A stretch of 64,000 bases of DNA from NCBI GenBank assembly GCA_963790505.1, contig CAWBOT010000004.1:1132225-1196224 (forward strand), written 5' to 3'. The first letter of the stretch is position 1; the number at the start of each line of letters is the position of its first letter. Position numbers and translations under genes: made by a program. Shown in pieces: positions 49,626 through 59,348 of this stretch. Under the pieces are notes generated by a model. That model was not told where the DNA came from. It did not search any database and saw only the letters and a program-made list of their open reading frames with translations. This DNA comes from an uncultured Acidobacteriaceae bacterium (GTDB lineage: Bacteria > Acidobacteriota > Terriglobia > Terriglobales > Acidobacteriaceae).

Positions 49626-50813
49626 ATGGCGAAGGAGAAGTTTGACCGGTCGAAGCCGCATGTAAACGTGGGAACGATTGGGCACATTGATCACGGCAAG
49701 ACGACTTTGACGGCGGCGATCACGAAGGTATTGTCGAAGCACAACCCGAACATCAAGTTCCGCAGCTTTGACACGATCGACAATGCTCCGGAAGAGCGGG
49801 AGCGCGGCATCACGATCGCGACCGCGCACGTCGAGTATGAGACCAAGAACCGGCACTATGCGCACGTCGACTGCCCGGGCCACGCCGACTACATCAAGAA
49901 CATGATTACCGGCGCGGCGCAGATGGACGGCGGCATCCTGGTGGTTGCTGCGACCGATGGACCGATGCCGCAGACCAAGGAGCACGTTCTGTTGGCCCGC
50001 CAGGTTGGCGTTCCCAGCTTGGTGGTGTTCCTGAACAAGTGCGATGCGGTGGACGATCCGGAGCTGATCGACCTGGTCGAGATGGAAGTTCGCGAGCTGT
50101 TGTCGAAGTATGACTTTCCGGGCGACGATGTTCCGGTGATTCGCGGCTCGGCGCTCGGCGGTTTGAATGGCGAGGCGGAGTGGGAAGCGAAGATCGACGA
50201 GCTGATGGAGGCGGTCGACAAGTACGTTCCTCTTCCTGCGCGTGCGATCGATCAGCCCTTCCTGATGCCGATCGAAGACATCTTCTCGATCTCGGGGCGT
50301 GGCACGGTGGTTACCGGCCGTATCGAGCGGGGCAAGATCAAGGTGGGCGAAGAAGCCGAGATTGTTGGTTTCCGCGACACGCGCAAGACCGTAGTCACCG
50401 GCGTCGAGATGTTCAAGAAGCAGCTCGACGAAGGTCTGGCGGGCGACAATGCCGGGCTCCTGCTTCGCGGTATTGCGAAGGAAGATGTGGAGCGCGGGAT
50501 GGTGTTGGCGAAGACCGGATCGATCAAGCCGCACACCCAGTTCAAGGGTGAGATCTACGTGTTGAGCAAGGAAGAAGGTGGGCGTCACACTCCGTTCTTT
50601 AACGGCTACCGTCCGCAGTTTTACTTCCGCACCACCGACGTGACCGGAACGGCGAAGCTGCCCGAAGGCACGGAGATGGTGATGCCGGGCGACAATGTGC
50701 AGCTGGAAATTACCTTGCACACTCCGGTAGCCATGGAGAAGGGTCTACGGTTCGCTATCCGCGAAGGCGGACGCACCGTTGGCGCGGGCACCATCTCGGA
50801 GATTATTAAGTAA
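49626..50813 (+). CDS. tuf: elongation factor Tu
   Basis: [18 protein letters not shown], and NKCD. 395 aa. Confidence 0.98.
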   Translation: MAKEKFDRSKPHVNVGTIGHIDHGKTTLTAAITKVLSKHNPNIKFRSFDTIDNAPEERERGITIATAHVEYETKNRHYAHVDCPGHADYIKNMITGAAQMDGGILVVAATDGPMPQTKEHVLLARQVGVPSLVVFLNKCDAVDDPELIDLVEMEVRELLSKYDFPGDDVPVIRGSALGGLNGEAEWEAKIDELMEAVDKYVPLPARAIDQPFLMPIEDIFSISGRGTVVTGRIERGKIKVGEEAEIVGFRDTRKTVVTGVEMFKKQLDEGLAGDNAGLLLRGIAKEDVERGMVLAKTGSIKPHTQFKGEIYVLSKEEGGRHTPFFNGYRPQFYFRTTDVTGTAKLPEGTEMVMPGDNVQLEITLHTPVAMEKGLRFAIREGGRTVGAGTISEIIK

Positions 50814-50935
50814 AGCAGCGCCGCACTCAGGTGCGGCCGAGTCGGCAAGTCAGCGTAAAGCTGGCTTGCTGGCCGGTTCAAGGAAGCGGTTTTGGATCGC
50901 CGGGACGACAGTTCCGGGATCAGTTAGGATAAGAG

Positions 50936-51085
50936 ATGCGCGAAATAGTGACATTGCAGTGTCCTGTGTGCAAGGAACGCAACTACTCAACCACGAAAAA
51001 CAAGAAGACCACCACTGGCCGTCTTGAGTTTTCGAAGTTCTGTAATCGTTGCCGCAAGCACACCGATCACAAGGAAACGAAGTAG
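50936..51085 (+). CDS. rpmG: 50S ribosomal protein L33
   Basis: Hand-translated 49-aa ORF, too short for the ORF track: [49 protein letters not shown]. Confidence 0.85.
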   Translation: MREIVTLQCPVCKERNYSTTKNKKTTTGRLEFSKFCNRCRKHTDHKETK

Positions 51086-51186
51086 GAGCAAGTCAGCAAG
51101 TTGGCGCGCCCTTTCGGGCGCAAGCGATGTTTTTGAGATGAATTCGCTTAGCGCGAAGCGCTGCTGACTCGCTGACCTGCTGACAT

Positions 51187-51262
51187 AGGGGCGTAAGCTC
51201 AACGGTTAAACTGGCGGTCTCCAAAACCGCACTTCTCGGTTCGAATCCGAGCGCCCCTGCCA
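51187..51262 (+). tRNA. tRNA-Trp (anticodon CCA)
   Basis: Acceptor AGGGGCG/CGCCCCT, anticodon stem GCGGT/ACCGC with loop CTCCAAA, T arm CTCGG-TTCGAAT-CCGAG, CCA. The D stem has one mismatch. Confidence 0.85.
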
Positions 51263-51367
51263 GTTCAGTAGTTCCGGCGTCGCTCGAGACCAGCGCCGGT
51301 GAAATGAGAAGTAAGTGATTTGAGACTCGTTTGTGCCTCACGGACGGGTCTCCACAAGGAAGTTTTT

Positions 51368-51670
51368 ATGGCGAAAGCGCTAGCGACCGCAAGCAACGAT
51401 GTTTCCAGCAAGCCGCAGGGCAAGCTGACCAATTCGGCAGCACCTGTCCCCGGACAAGTCGCCGGCGGATTCACCAGGCTGCGGGATTTTCTCGTGGACG
51501 TGCGCGGCGAGATGCGGAAGGTGGTCACGCCCTCAATGAAAGAGGTACAGTCCACGACCATCGTGGTGCTGGTGACGGTCTTTGCGTTTGCCGGATATTT
51601 TTATCTGGTCGATTCGATCCTCGGTCGCGGCATTCAGGCCGTGCTGCACTGGATGGGAGCGTCGCAGTGA
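51368..51670 (+). CDS. secE: preprotein translocase subunit SecE
   Basis: FLVDVRGEMRKVVTPSMKEVQSTTIVVLVTVFAFAGYFYLVD. It lies between tRNA-Trp and nusG. Start at MAKALA with AAGGA upstream. Confidence 0.85.
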   Translation: MAKALATASNDVSSKPQGKLTNSAAPVPGQVAGGFTRLRDFLVDVRGEMRKVVTPSMKEVQSTTIVVLVTVFAFAGYFYLVDSILGRGIQAVLHWMGASQ

Positions 51671-52308
51671 TGGCAGTGGCGTCAAGCGAAGTACATGGGG
51701 AAGCGATGGCCGATGAAGTGGTAAGCGCGGCAGCCGAGGGCGAGAATCCCGAGAAGCTCGGGCCGCCGACTAACGAAAATTTCAAGTGGTACATCATCCA
51801 CGCCTACTCGGGCTTTGAGCGCAAGGTGCGCGAGTCGCTGGAAGGGCGCATCGAGGCGTTCGGTCTGCAGAATCGGATTGGCCGCATCATGATCCCGACC
51901 GAGCCAGTCACCGAGGTCGTGAACGGCAAGAAGCGGACGATCGAGCGTGTCTTTCTGCCTGGGTATGTGCTGGTCGAGATGGAACTCGACAACGATCTCT
52001 GGCATGTGATCAAGAACACGCCACGGGTTACCGGCTTTCTGGGAACGGGCGACAAGCCGGTGGCGCTGAGCGAAGAAGAGGTAGGATCGATTCTCTTCCG
52101 CGCCGAAACCTCGAAGGAAAAGCCGCGGCTCAAGATCAAGTTCGAGAAGAACGAGTCGGTACGCATCACCGATGGACCGTTTGCCAACTTCAACGGCATC
52201 GTCGATGAGGTCAACGAGGTTCGCGAGACGGTCAAGGTCATGGTCACGATCTTTGGACGTTCGACCCCCGTCGAGCTCGAGTTCAGCAAAGTTGAGAAGG
52301 TAGTTTGA
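51670..52308 (+). CDS. nusG: transcription termination/antitermination factor NusG
   Basis: KWYIIHAYSGFERKV and a KOW region (VRITDGPFANFNGIVDEV). The ATG overlaps the secE stop (ATGA). Confidence 0.9.
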   Translation: MAVASSEVHGEAMADEVVSAAAEGENPEKLGPPTNENFKWYIIHAYSGFERKVRESLEGRIEAFGLQNRIGRIMIPTEPVTEVVNGKKRTIERVFLPGYVLVEMELDNDLWHVIKNTPRVTGFLGTGDKPVALSEEEVGSILFRAETSKEKPRLKIKFEKNESVRITDGPFANFNGIVDEVNEVRETVKVMVTIFGRSTPVELEFSKVEKVV

Positions 52309-52340
52309 GAAGCTTTTAGTTTTAGGGCATTGCTGAAACC

Positions 52341-52391
52341 GCAGATCCTTCGACTCCCCTTCACCAAGGTTCAGGGTCGCTCAGGATGACA
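52341..52391 (-). repeat. short intergenic repeat, TGTCAT...ATCTGC family
   Basis: The reverse complement reads tgtcatcctgagcgaccctgaaccttggtgaaggggagtcgaaggatctgc. It lies in the nusG-rplK spacer. Confidence 0.6.
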
Positions 52392-52416
52392 GACATTCAG
52401 TAGGAAGGTATTTGAA

Positions 52417-52851
52417 ATGGCACCGAAGAAGATTCAGACACTCGTTAAGCTGCAAATTGAGGCCGGCAAGGCCACTCCTGCTCCCCCGGTAGGCCCGGCG
52501 CTCGGTCAGGCGCAGGTCAACATCATGGAGTTCTGCAAGCAGTTCAACGCTCGCACCCAGACCAAGGAGATGGCGGGACTTACCATTCCCGTGGTCATCA
52601 CTGTTTACGTCGATCGCAGCTTCACCTTCATCACCAAGACGCCGCCGGCGCCGGTGTTACTGAAGAAGGCGGCCAACCTGGCCAAGGGTTCCGGCGTGCC
52701 GAACAAGACCAAGGTAGGCACGGTGACCGAGAAGCAGGTCCGCGAGATCGCGACCCAGAAGATGCCCGATCTGAACGCAGCTTCGATTGACGCCGCGATC
52801 AAGAGCATCAAGGGAACGGCCCGCTCGATGGGCATCGACGTCGTCGCTTAG
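52417..52851 (+). CDS. rplK: 50S ribosomal protein L11
   Basis: [21 protein letters not shown] and the rest of the sequence are typical of L11. Confidence 0.97.
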   Translation: MAPKKIQTLVKLQIEAGKATPAPPVGPALGQAQVNIMEFCKQFNARTQTKEMAGLTIPVVITVYVDRSFTFITKTPPAPVLLKKAANLAKGSGVPNKTKVGTVTEKQVREIATQKMPDLNAASIDAAIKSIKGTARSMGIDVVA

Positions 52852-52870
52852 TCGTTTTTTTTTGCACGAC

Positions 52871-52898
52871 CAGCAGGCTCCAACTCTGGAGCCTGCTG
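52871..52898. other. perfect 12-bp hairpin after rplK (non-canonical terminator candidate)
   Basis: CAGCAGGCTCCA-actc-TGGAGCCTGCTG. A T9 run (52855-52863) precedes the stem rather than following it. Confidence 0.5.
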
Positions 52899-53046
52899 TC
52901 GCGTGTGGCTTTGGTCCCGTGATATATCGAGCGCATTCGCTTAACTCTCAGGCGCAGTCGGGTGGGCTGCAGCTGCGGTCAAGCCGCCACATCTCCAGCG
53001 AAGAAATCCTCCCCAAAATTCAACCCCTCACGGCGCGCATTGCATA

Positions 53047-55473
53047 ATGGGTGAAGCTTCTCATCGTTTGGAGCAGGGAATGCAGAATCTATTCAACGAG
53101 CTGCGCTACGCGCTGCGGCAGTTGTCGAAGAGCCCAGCGTTCGCGGTGACCGCCGTCCTCACGCTGGCGCTGGGGATCGGTGCAAACACTGCTATCTTCA
53201 CCGTCGTACACTCTCTGCTCATAAAGCCGCTCGACTACCCCGACGCCGACCGGATTGAGGCATTAAACACGTCTTGGCAGCGTCAGGGGCGTACCGTTCC
53301 GCGCTTGACCGGCCCGGACCTGGCGGATATCCGCAACCAGGCGAAATCCATTCAGGCGGTGGGTTTCTACGAGGGAGGCGAACTCGGCGTGCAGCTGCGC
53401 GACCACGCGACGTTTGTCGGCGTGAGCGGCGTGAATGCCGGGTTCGCGCAGGTCTTTCAGATTCACCCGGAGGCCGGACGGTGGTTTACAGATGCGGAAG
53501 CCAAGCATGCGGCGGTGGTCAGCGCCACATTTGCCCGCAACAACTTCGGCAATCCTGAGGCTGCAGTCGGTCAGATCGTGAAGGTCGAGGGTCAGCCGCT
53601 CGAGATCGTCGGCGTGGTTCCGGGCAACTTTGCATTTCCCAACCACACTCAGGTGTGGATGGACTATCCAGCGCAGCCGGAGTCGACTTCGCGAACTGCG
53701 TTTAACTATCGCGCGGTAGCGAGGCTGCGACGTGCGGTCTCGCTCGCCAGTGCTCAAGCGGAACTGGATGGGATCGGCAAGCGGCTGCAGGCCGCCTATC
53801 CCAAAGACAACGAGGACAAGAGCTTCCGGCTGGTTCCTCTGCAGGAACAGCTGGTGGGGCCGGTAAGGCCGATGCTGCTGTTGCTGATGGCTTCGGTCGG
53901 GCTGGTGCTGTTGATTGCCTGCGTGAACGTGACTCATCTTTATCTCGCTCGAGCTATCGAGCGTCACAGGGAGCTGGCAGTGCGAACCGCGTTAGGATCC
54001 TCGCGGCTTCGGCTGGGACGCATGGTGATCATGGAGAGCCTGCTGCTCTCCTTTGCAGGGGCCGCGTTGGGGATGATCCTGGCCGTGCCTATTGTGAAGG
54101 TACTGGTCAGCATTGCACCTTCCAGCCTGCCACGCGCTGGTGAGATATACCCAAACTTCTGGGTCTTTGCCTTTACCGCCGGAATCGCCCTGATCGCGAC
54201 GCTGGCTGCTTCGCTCGTTCCGGCGCGGCAGGCTACCCGGGTCGACCCAATCATGGCGCTGAAGCAGGATAGCTCTCGCGGTATGTCATCTCGCAGGTCG
54301 TTTCTGCTGAGGAATGGGCTGATTATTGCCGAGGTATCAGCCGCCTTTGTGCTGGCTGTGGGGGCATCGCTGTTGGGACGCACGATGCTGTCGCTGCAAT
54401 CGAATGATCTCGGCTACTCGAAGGCCGGGCTGCTGATCGTCGACGCTGATGCTCCAGCGGTCAACCTGGAAGACTCGCTGGGCGCGACGCAGAAGTTCGA
54501 CTCCCTGTTTGCCGACTTGCGAACTGTGCCGGGAGTTGAGAGTGTTGGCGGCGCCATGGGCCTGCCAACTGGGAAGTATGGCTCCAACGGCTACTACAGC
54601 GTCAACGGCGCGGCCGTGGAGAGTCACGGAGCGCAGGCGATTTTCAGCCTGGCGAGCCCGGACTACTTCAAGACGATGGAGATTCCTTTATTGAAGGGAA
54701 GAGACTTTGCAACGCAGGATGTCTATGACGCTCCCTTTGTGGCCATCATCAGCGAGTCGCTGGCGAAGCAGAGCTTTCCGAACCAGGACCCGATCGGGCG
54801 GCAGATCCAGTGTGGCCTCGACTCGCCGAAGTGGATGACGATTGTCGGCGTGGTGCGCGACATCAGGCAGGATTCGCCGGCTGAGTCGCCGGGAGCGGCA
54901 CTCTATATGCCGCTCAAGCAACATCCCTACATGGCCACCCAGATCAATATCGCCATTCGGACGAAGGTAGCTCCAGCGTCGTTGATCGATACAGTGCAAG
55001 CCAGAATCCATGATGCTGATCCAGCGATTGCGACGCGCTTCACCACGATGGACGCCATGGTCGGCGACTCGGTGGAGATGCAGCGCTTTCGCAGCGTCCT
55101 GATTGGCAGCTTCGCGGCTGTGGGCTTGTTGTTGGCGGTGCTGGGAGTCTACGGGACCGTTTCCTATTCGGTGGCGCAGCGGACGTTTGAGATCGGGGTG
55201 CGTATGACCTTCGGTGCGGAGAGGAAAGGCATCGTGAGGATGGTGTTGCGGCAGGTGCTGTCGCTGGTGGCCATAGGAATCACGGCTGGGCTGGTGGTGA
55301 GTCTCATCGCGGGCCGTTTCATGGTCAGTATGTTGTCTGGGGTGAGTCCCGCGGATCCGTTGAGCCTGATCGCTGCGATTCTGCTCTTGCTTCTTGCGGC
55401 AACGGGTGCAGCGCTGTTGCCGGCGCGAGCCGCCTCCAGAGTGGAACCGATGCGGGCGCTCCGCGGTCAGTAA
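53047..55473 (+). CDS. duplicated FtsX/MacB-type ABC permease (acidobacterial orphan permease type)
   Basis: 808 aa. LRYALRQLSKSPAFAVTAVLTLALGIGANTAIF start region, and two MacB-periplasmic-core + FtsX 4-TM halves. No adjacent ATPase gene. The real start may be M12 at 53080. Confidence 0.85.
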   Translation: MGEASHRLEQGMQNLFNELRYALRQLSKSPAFAVTAVLTLALGIGANTAIFTVVHSLLIKPLDYPDADRIEALNTSWQRQGRTVPRLTGPDLADIRNQAKSIQAVGFYEGGELGVQLRDHATFVGVSGVNAGFAQVFQIHPEAGRWFTDAEAKHAAVVSATFARNNFGNPEAAVGQIVKVEGQPLEIVGVVPGNFAFPNHTQVWMDYPAQPESTSRTAFNYRAVARLRRAVSLASAQAELDGIGKRLQAAYPKDNEDKSFRLVPLQEQLVGPVRPMLLLLMASVGLVLLIACVNVTHLYLARAIERHRELAVRTALGSSRLRLGRMVIMESLLLSFAGAALGMILAVPIVKVLVSIAPSSLPRAGEIYPNFWVFAFTAGIALIATLAASLVPARQATRVDPIMALKQDSSRGMSSRRSFLLRNGLIIAEVSAAFVLAVGASLLGRTMLSLQSNDLGYSKAGLLIVDADAPAVNLEDSLGATQKFDSLFADLRTVPGVESVGGAMGLPTGKYGSNGYYSVNGAAVESHGAQAIFSLASPDYFKTMEIPLLKGRDFATQDVYDAPFVAIISESLAKQSFPNQDPIGRQIQCGLDSPKWMTIVGVVRDIRQDSPAESPGAALYMPLKQHPYMATQINIAIRTKVAPASLIDTVQARIHDADPAIATRFTTMDAMVGDSVEMQRFRSVLIGSFAAVGLLLAVLGVYGTVSYSVAQRTFEIGVRMTFGAERKGIVRMVLRQVLSLVAIGITAGLVVSLIAGRFMVSMLSGVSPADPLSLIAAILLLLLAATGAALLPARAASRVEPMRALRGQ

Positions 55474-55497
55474 ACTTCTGGCGTCCGGACCCCCCGC

Positions 55498-58233
55498 TTA
55501 GGCGGCGATTTTGAAAAGTTTGAGGGTCTCGGCGGTCAGCTGCTGTTTCGTGTCAGAAAGCGCCTTCCACGGATCGCGATTCAGGCGAGCCTTCCAGCTC
55601 TCGTAATCTGCAACGTGAAAGCTGGGCCGCTCCGAGAGCTTGAGATCGCTCCACGGGAGCGGAAGCGAGACAGCAGCGCCCGGGCGCGCGCGCGGCGAAT
55701 AAGCGGCTACAGCGGTTGCGCCGCGCTCATTGCGAAGATAGTCGATGTAGATTCTTCCTGCGCGGGCGGCCTTGCTCATCTTGGTCAGATAAAGCGAGGG
55801 TTCGCGCTTCTCCATGGCCAACGCAAACGCGTGCGCGAACTGTTTGACCACCGGCCACTCGTGCTTCGGATCAATGGGGACGACGACATGCAGTCCCTTC
55901 CCGCCAGTTGTCTTGAGAAAGCTTTCCAGTCCGAGACTCTTGAGCCGCTTGCGGACTTCGGCTGCACTGGCGGCGAGCGTCGACCACGCAATGGCTGCAT
56001 CTGGATCGAGGTCGATGGTGATACGGTCGGGTCGCTCCAGGTCATCATTGCGGGATCCCCAGGGATGCACTTCCATTACGCCCATCTGCGCGAGTTCGGC
56101 GAGCGCGATCGGAGTCGACAGAGTGATGTAGGGCTCGATCTTGCCGGTCTTCTTGTCGGGAACGTCCACGGACTCGATGCCTTTGGGAAGCGTCCCGGTC
56201 GCGTGTTTCTGAAAAAAGCACGGCTTTGCGGCGCCATCCGGACAACGTACCAACGAGAGCGGACGGCCTGCGATATGGGGAAGCATGTGCGGCGCGATCG
56301 CCCAGTAGTAGTCGGCGAGTTGCTGCTTTGTGAGCTTTGATTCGGGGTCGAGGATTTTGTCGGGATGAGTAAGGCGAATGGCTGGATGTCGATTCGCCTG
56401 GGTTGTCTCTGTGGATGAGGTGGCCGCTGCGCTCGTGGTGGCAGTTGAGACATGGGCCGCGTGGGGAACTCGCCTCGCTCCGCCGGGCGTGGGCGAGATG
56501 GTGATCGTTTCACGAACTACTTCGGTCGCGGGTTTGTCCTCGCGCAAGCCCTGAAATGAAGCCTGACGCACGAGGTTATCAGCGGTCCAAGTGGCGAAGT
56601 TGATTTCTGCCACGAGCTCCGGTTTGACCCAGATGGCGCCGCGGCGCGCGTCGGTTGGGACCTTTTCGAATGAGGACGACTTTTCGCGAAGTTTGTCGAG
56701 CTTGTCGCGGAGGAGTTCGTGGGTCTTCTGCGTAAATCCGGTACCGGTGCGGCCAGCGTAGATGAGTTTCTTGCCTTCGTAGTAGCCGAGCAGCAGCGCG
56801 CCGACGCCGTGGATTCCATTCGAAGGAAGAGTGAAGCCGCCGATGACCAGCTCCTGCTGGCGAATGCACTTGAGCTTCAACCAACTCGCGCTTCGCCCGC
56901 TGGCGTATTTGCTGTCGGCGCGCTTGGAGACGATGCCCTCGGCATGGACTTCACATGCGCCACGAAAGACCGCTTCGCCGTTGCCTTCGAGGTGCTCGCT
57001 CAGCCGCAGGCCGTCCGCTGCGCCATTCAGGAGTTCGGCGAGCAGGGCCTTGCGATCCTGAAGCGGCTGGTTGCGAAGACTGTGGCCGTTCAAATGAAGA
57101 AGGTCGAAGAGGAAATAGCTCAGCGGCTTCTTGATGCCTTCCTGAAACGCGGCTTGCAGGTCAGCGAAGCTGGTGGTGCCGTCGTTGGCGAGCACCACGA
57201 TCTCTCCATCAAGGATGCAGCTCTCGGCGGCCAGCTTTGCCACGTCGGCCGCTACAGACTTCATGCGGTGCGTCCAATCGAGGCCGGTGCGAGTGCGGAG
57301 TTGGACGTTGCTGCCCTCTTTGCGCGCCTGGATGCGGTAGCCATCGAGTTTCAACTCGTGAAGCCACGCTTTGCCATCGGGTGGAGCGGATGCCTGTGAA
57401 GCGAGTTGAGGCGGAATGAATTCGGGCAGCTTCTCTTTCGGCAGACTCTTCAAAGCCTTGGTGAATGAGGCGGCACGTGGCGGGTCGTTCTTTGGCGCGG
57501 AGGCTTCGGCGTCGTCGCTGCGATACCAGGCGTTGCCCTGAGCGGTCTGCTTCGAGTTCCAGACGTGGTCCTTGTTCTGCGCGATTTCTTCGATACTGCG
57601 CCCGGTCACGACGCTGTCGGGCGCTTCCTCGGTGACCGATGGATCGCCGCTCTTGCGTTCGAAGTTGTCGTGCTCTTTGATGAGCAGCCAGTTGGGTTTC
57701 TTCTCGTTGGCGTACTTGCCGCCCATGCGGATGAGCGCCCACTTACCCTGCAGCTTCTGGCCGTGCAGGATGAACTTCAACGAGCCGGTGCGCAGGCCCT
57801 CGTCGACATCGGGATACGCAGCTTGCGGCTCCCACGTGCCTTCGTCCCACAGCATCACGGTGCCGCCGCCGTATTGGCCCTTGGGGATAATGCCTTCAAA
57901 GCCGCCGTATTCCATCGGGTGATCTTCAACCTGGACGGCGAGGCGCTTATCTGCGGTGACATAGCTCGGCCCCTTGGCGCAGGCCCAGCTCTTCAACACG
58001 CCATTCCAACCCAGGCGAAAGTCGTAGTGCAGGTTGGTCGCCGCGTGTTTCTGAATGACGAAGGGAAGGCCCTGCGAGGCCGATTCCTTCTTGGAAGTTT
58101 TTCGATCAGGAGCGTGAGGTTCGCCGCTCGGCTCTGCGGTAACGCTGAAGTCGCGCATGGAGCGATAGCGCTCCAGTTGACTGTCGATGGCATCCGCTGG
58201 AGATTTGGTCGCGGATTTATGCGCGGTCGCCAT
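55498..58233 (-). CDS. ligD: multidomain NHEJ DNA ligase D (phosphoesterase-ligase-polymerase order)
   Basis: HYDFRL (PE domain), the adenylation lysine in LHELKLDGYR, and a C-terminal primase-polymerase region (HPWGS...DLDP). Confidence 0.9.
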   Translation of the reverse strand: MATAHKSATKSPADAIDSQLERYRSMRDFSVTAEPSGEPHAPDRKTSKKESASQGLPFVIQKHAATNLHYDFRLGWNGVLKSWACAKGPSYVTADKRLAVQVEDHPMEYGGFEGIIPKGQYGGGTVMLWDEGTWEPQAAYPDVDEGLRTGSLKFILHGQKLQGKWALIRMGGKYANEKKPNWLLIKEHDNFERKSGDPSVTEEAPDSVVTGRSIEEIAQNKDHVWNSKQTAQGNAWYRSDDAEASAPKNDPPRAASFTKALKSLPKEKLPEFIPPQLASQASAPPDGKAWLHELKLDGYRIQARKEGSNVQLRTRTGLDWTHRMKSVAADVAKLAAESCILDGEIVVLANDGTTSFADLQAAFQEGIKKPLSYFLFDLLHLNGHSLRNQPLQDRKALLAELLNGAADGLRLSEHLEGNGEAVFRGACEVHAEGIVSKRADSKYASGRSASWLKLKCIRQQELVIGGFTLPSNGIHGVGALLLGYYEGKKLIYAGRTGTGFTQKTHELLRDKLDKLREKSSSFEKVPTDARRGAIWVKPELVAEINFATWTADNLVRQASFQGLREDKPATEVVRETITISPTPGGARRVPHAAHVSTATTSAAATSSTETTQANRHPAIRLTHPDKILDPESKLTKQQLADYYWAIAPHMLPHIAGRPLSLVRCPDGAAKPCFFQKHATGTLPKGIESVDVPDKKTGKIEPYITLSTPIALAELAQMGVMEVHPWGSRNDDLERPDRITIDLDPDAAIAWSTLAASAAEVRKRLKSLGLESFLKTTGGKGLHVVVPIDPKHEWPVVKQFAHAFALAMEKREPSLYLTKMSKAARAGRIYIDYLRNERGATAVAAYSPRARPGAAVSLPLPWSDLKLSERPSFHVADYESWKARLNRDPWKALSDTKQQLTAETLKLFKIAA

Positions 58234-58239
58234 GTACGC

Positions 58240-59148
58240 CTATGCCGACTTGCGGGCTTTTGGTTTGACGAGCGCGATCCCTTTCTCTTTCTCTTTCCTC
58301 GCTGCCGCCGCGGGTTTGGCGGCGACCTCTCTGCCTGACGCTTTCTTCGGGGGCGCAGCTTCGTCGCGCTCCACGCTCTTGCGCAGAGCGTCCATCAGGT
58401 TGATCACCTTGCCAGTTGCGGGCGCGGGCTCGTCGTGTGGAACCGGAGCGTGTTGCACCTTGGCATCGACCAATGCGCGCAGCGCGACTTCGTACTCGTC
58501 TTTGAATTTCTCCGGATCGAACTTGCCCGACTTGCGCTTGATGAGCTCTTCGGCGAGAGCGAGCTGGTCTTCTTCGACGGCGACCTGCTTGATCTCGGCA
58601 AAATAGCTGGCGGGATTGCGCAGCTCCTCGGCATAGCGCATCACGTAGGCCATCATGCCGGGCAGTTTGTCATCCGTTGGCGCGGAGATGGCGACGAGAT
58701 GTTCGCGGCCGCTGAAGGCGATCTTGCCCAGTGCAACCTTGCCAGCCTTGCGCAGAGCCTCGCGTACTACGGCGAATGCTTCGGCTTGCGCGTCGCCGTC
58801 AGGGACGACGAAATACGGCTTTTCAAAGTAGGCGGGATCGATCTCAGACTCGCTGACAAATTGCTTGACCTCCATCGTGTGTTTGGAGGGAATGCGAAGG
58901 TTGGCGAGTTCTTCAGGCTCAACGGTGACGTACTGACCCTTGGTGTATTCGTAGCCCTTGACGATGTCGGAGTTGTCGACCGCGCCCTCTTCGCCGGAGG
59001 TCTTCTGATACTTGATCCGCTCGCCGGTTTTGCGGCTGAGCTGATGAAAGCGAATCTCACTCTTCGTTTCGGTGGCGGTGAAGAGCTTGACCGCAAACGA
59101 GACCAGCGAAATCTGTATGTGACCAGACCAATAGGGACGCGCTGCCAT
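58240..59148 (-). CDS. ku: Ku protein with a Lys/Ala-rich tail
   Basis: MAARPYWSGHIQISLVSFAVKLFTA. GGAGGAAGG lies upstream of the ATG at 59148. It sits immediately upstream of ligD. Confidence 0.9.
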   Translation of the reverse strand: MAARPYWSGHIQISLVSFAVKLFTATETKSEIRFHQLSRKTGERIKYQKTSGEEGAVDNSDIVKGYEYTKGQYVTVEPEELANLRIPSKHTMEVKQFVSESEIDPAYFEKPYFVVPDGDAQAEAFAVVREALRKAGKVALGKIAFSGREHLVAISAPTDDKLPGMMAYVMRYAEELRNPASYFAEIKQVAVEEDQLALAEELIKRKSGKFDPEKFKDEYEVALRALVDAKVQHAPVPHDEPAPATGKVINLMDALRKSVERDEAAPPKKASGREVAAKPAAAARKEKEKGIALVKPKARKSA

Positions 59149-59348
59149 AGACCTTCCTCCACTTTCGAGACAAGAGCGGCTGCTAAGGATGCCTGTTCCC
59201 GTGCAATAAGGTCTGCTGAACGCCAGGCTGCAGCTACTGATTGCATCCGACTGAGGAGATAAATATAGCGCAAAAGTGGGCAATTTAGGCATTAAAAGAT
59301 ACATATAAGCCGCCAAAACCCTAGAAAAGCCGTATCTGGGGTTCCGGC

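Noticed and set aside
49419-50720. 433-aa ORF antisense to tuf
   Set aside because: EF-Tu on the plus strand is unmistakable. The antisense ORF is Arg/His/Leu-rich, which is an artefact of the stop-poor complementary frame.
52855-52898. Canonical rho-independent terminator after rplK
   Set aside because: The T-run lies 5' of the hairpin on the plus strand and becomes an A-run on the minus strand. I kept it only as a hairpin of unknown function.
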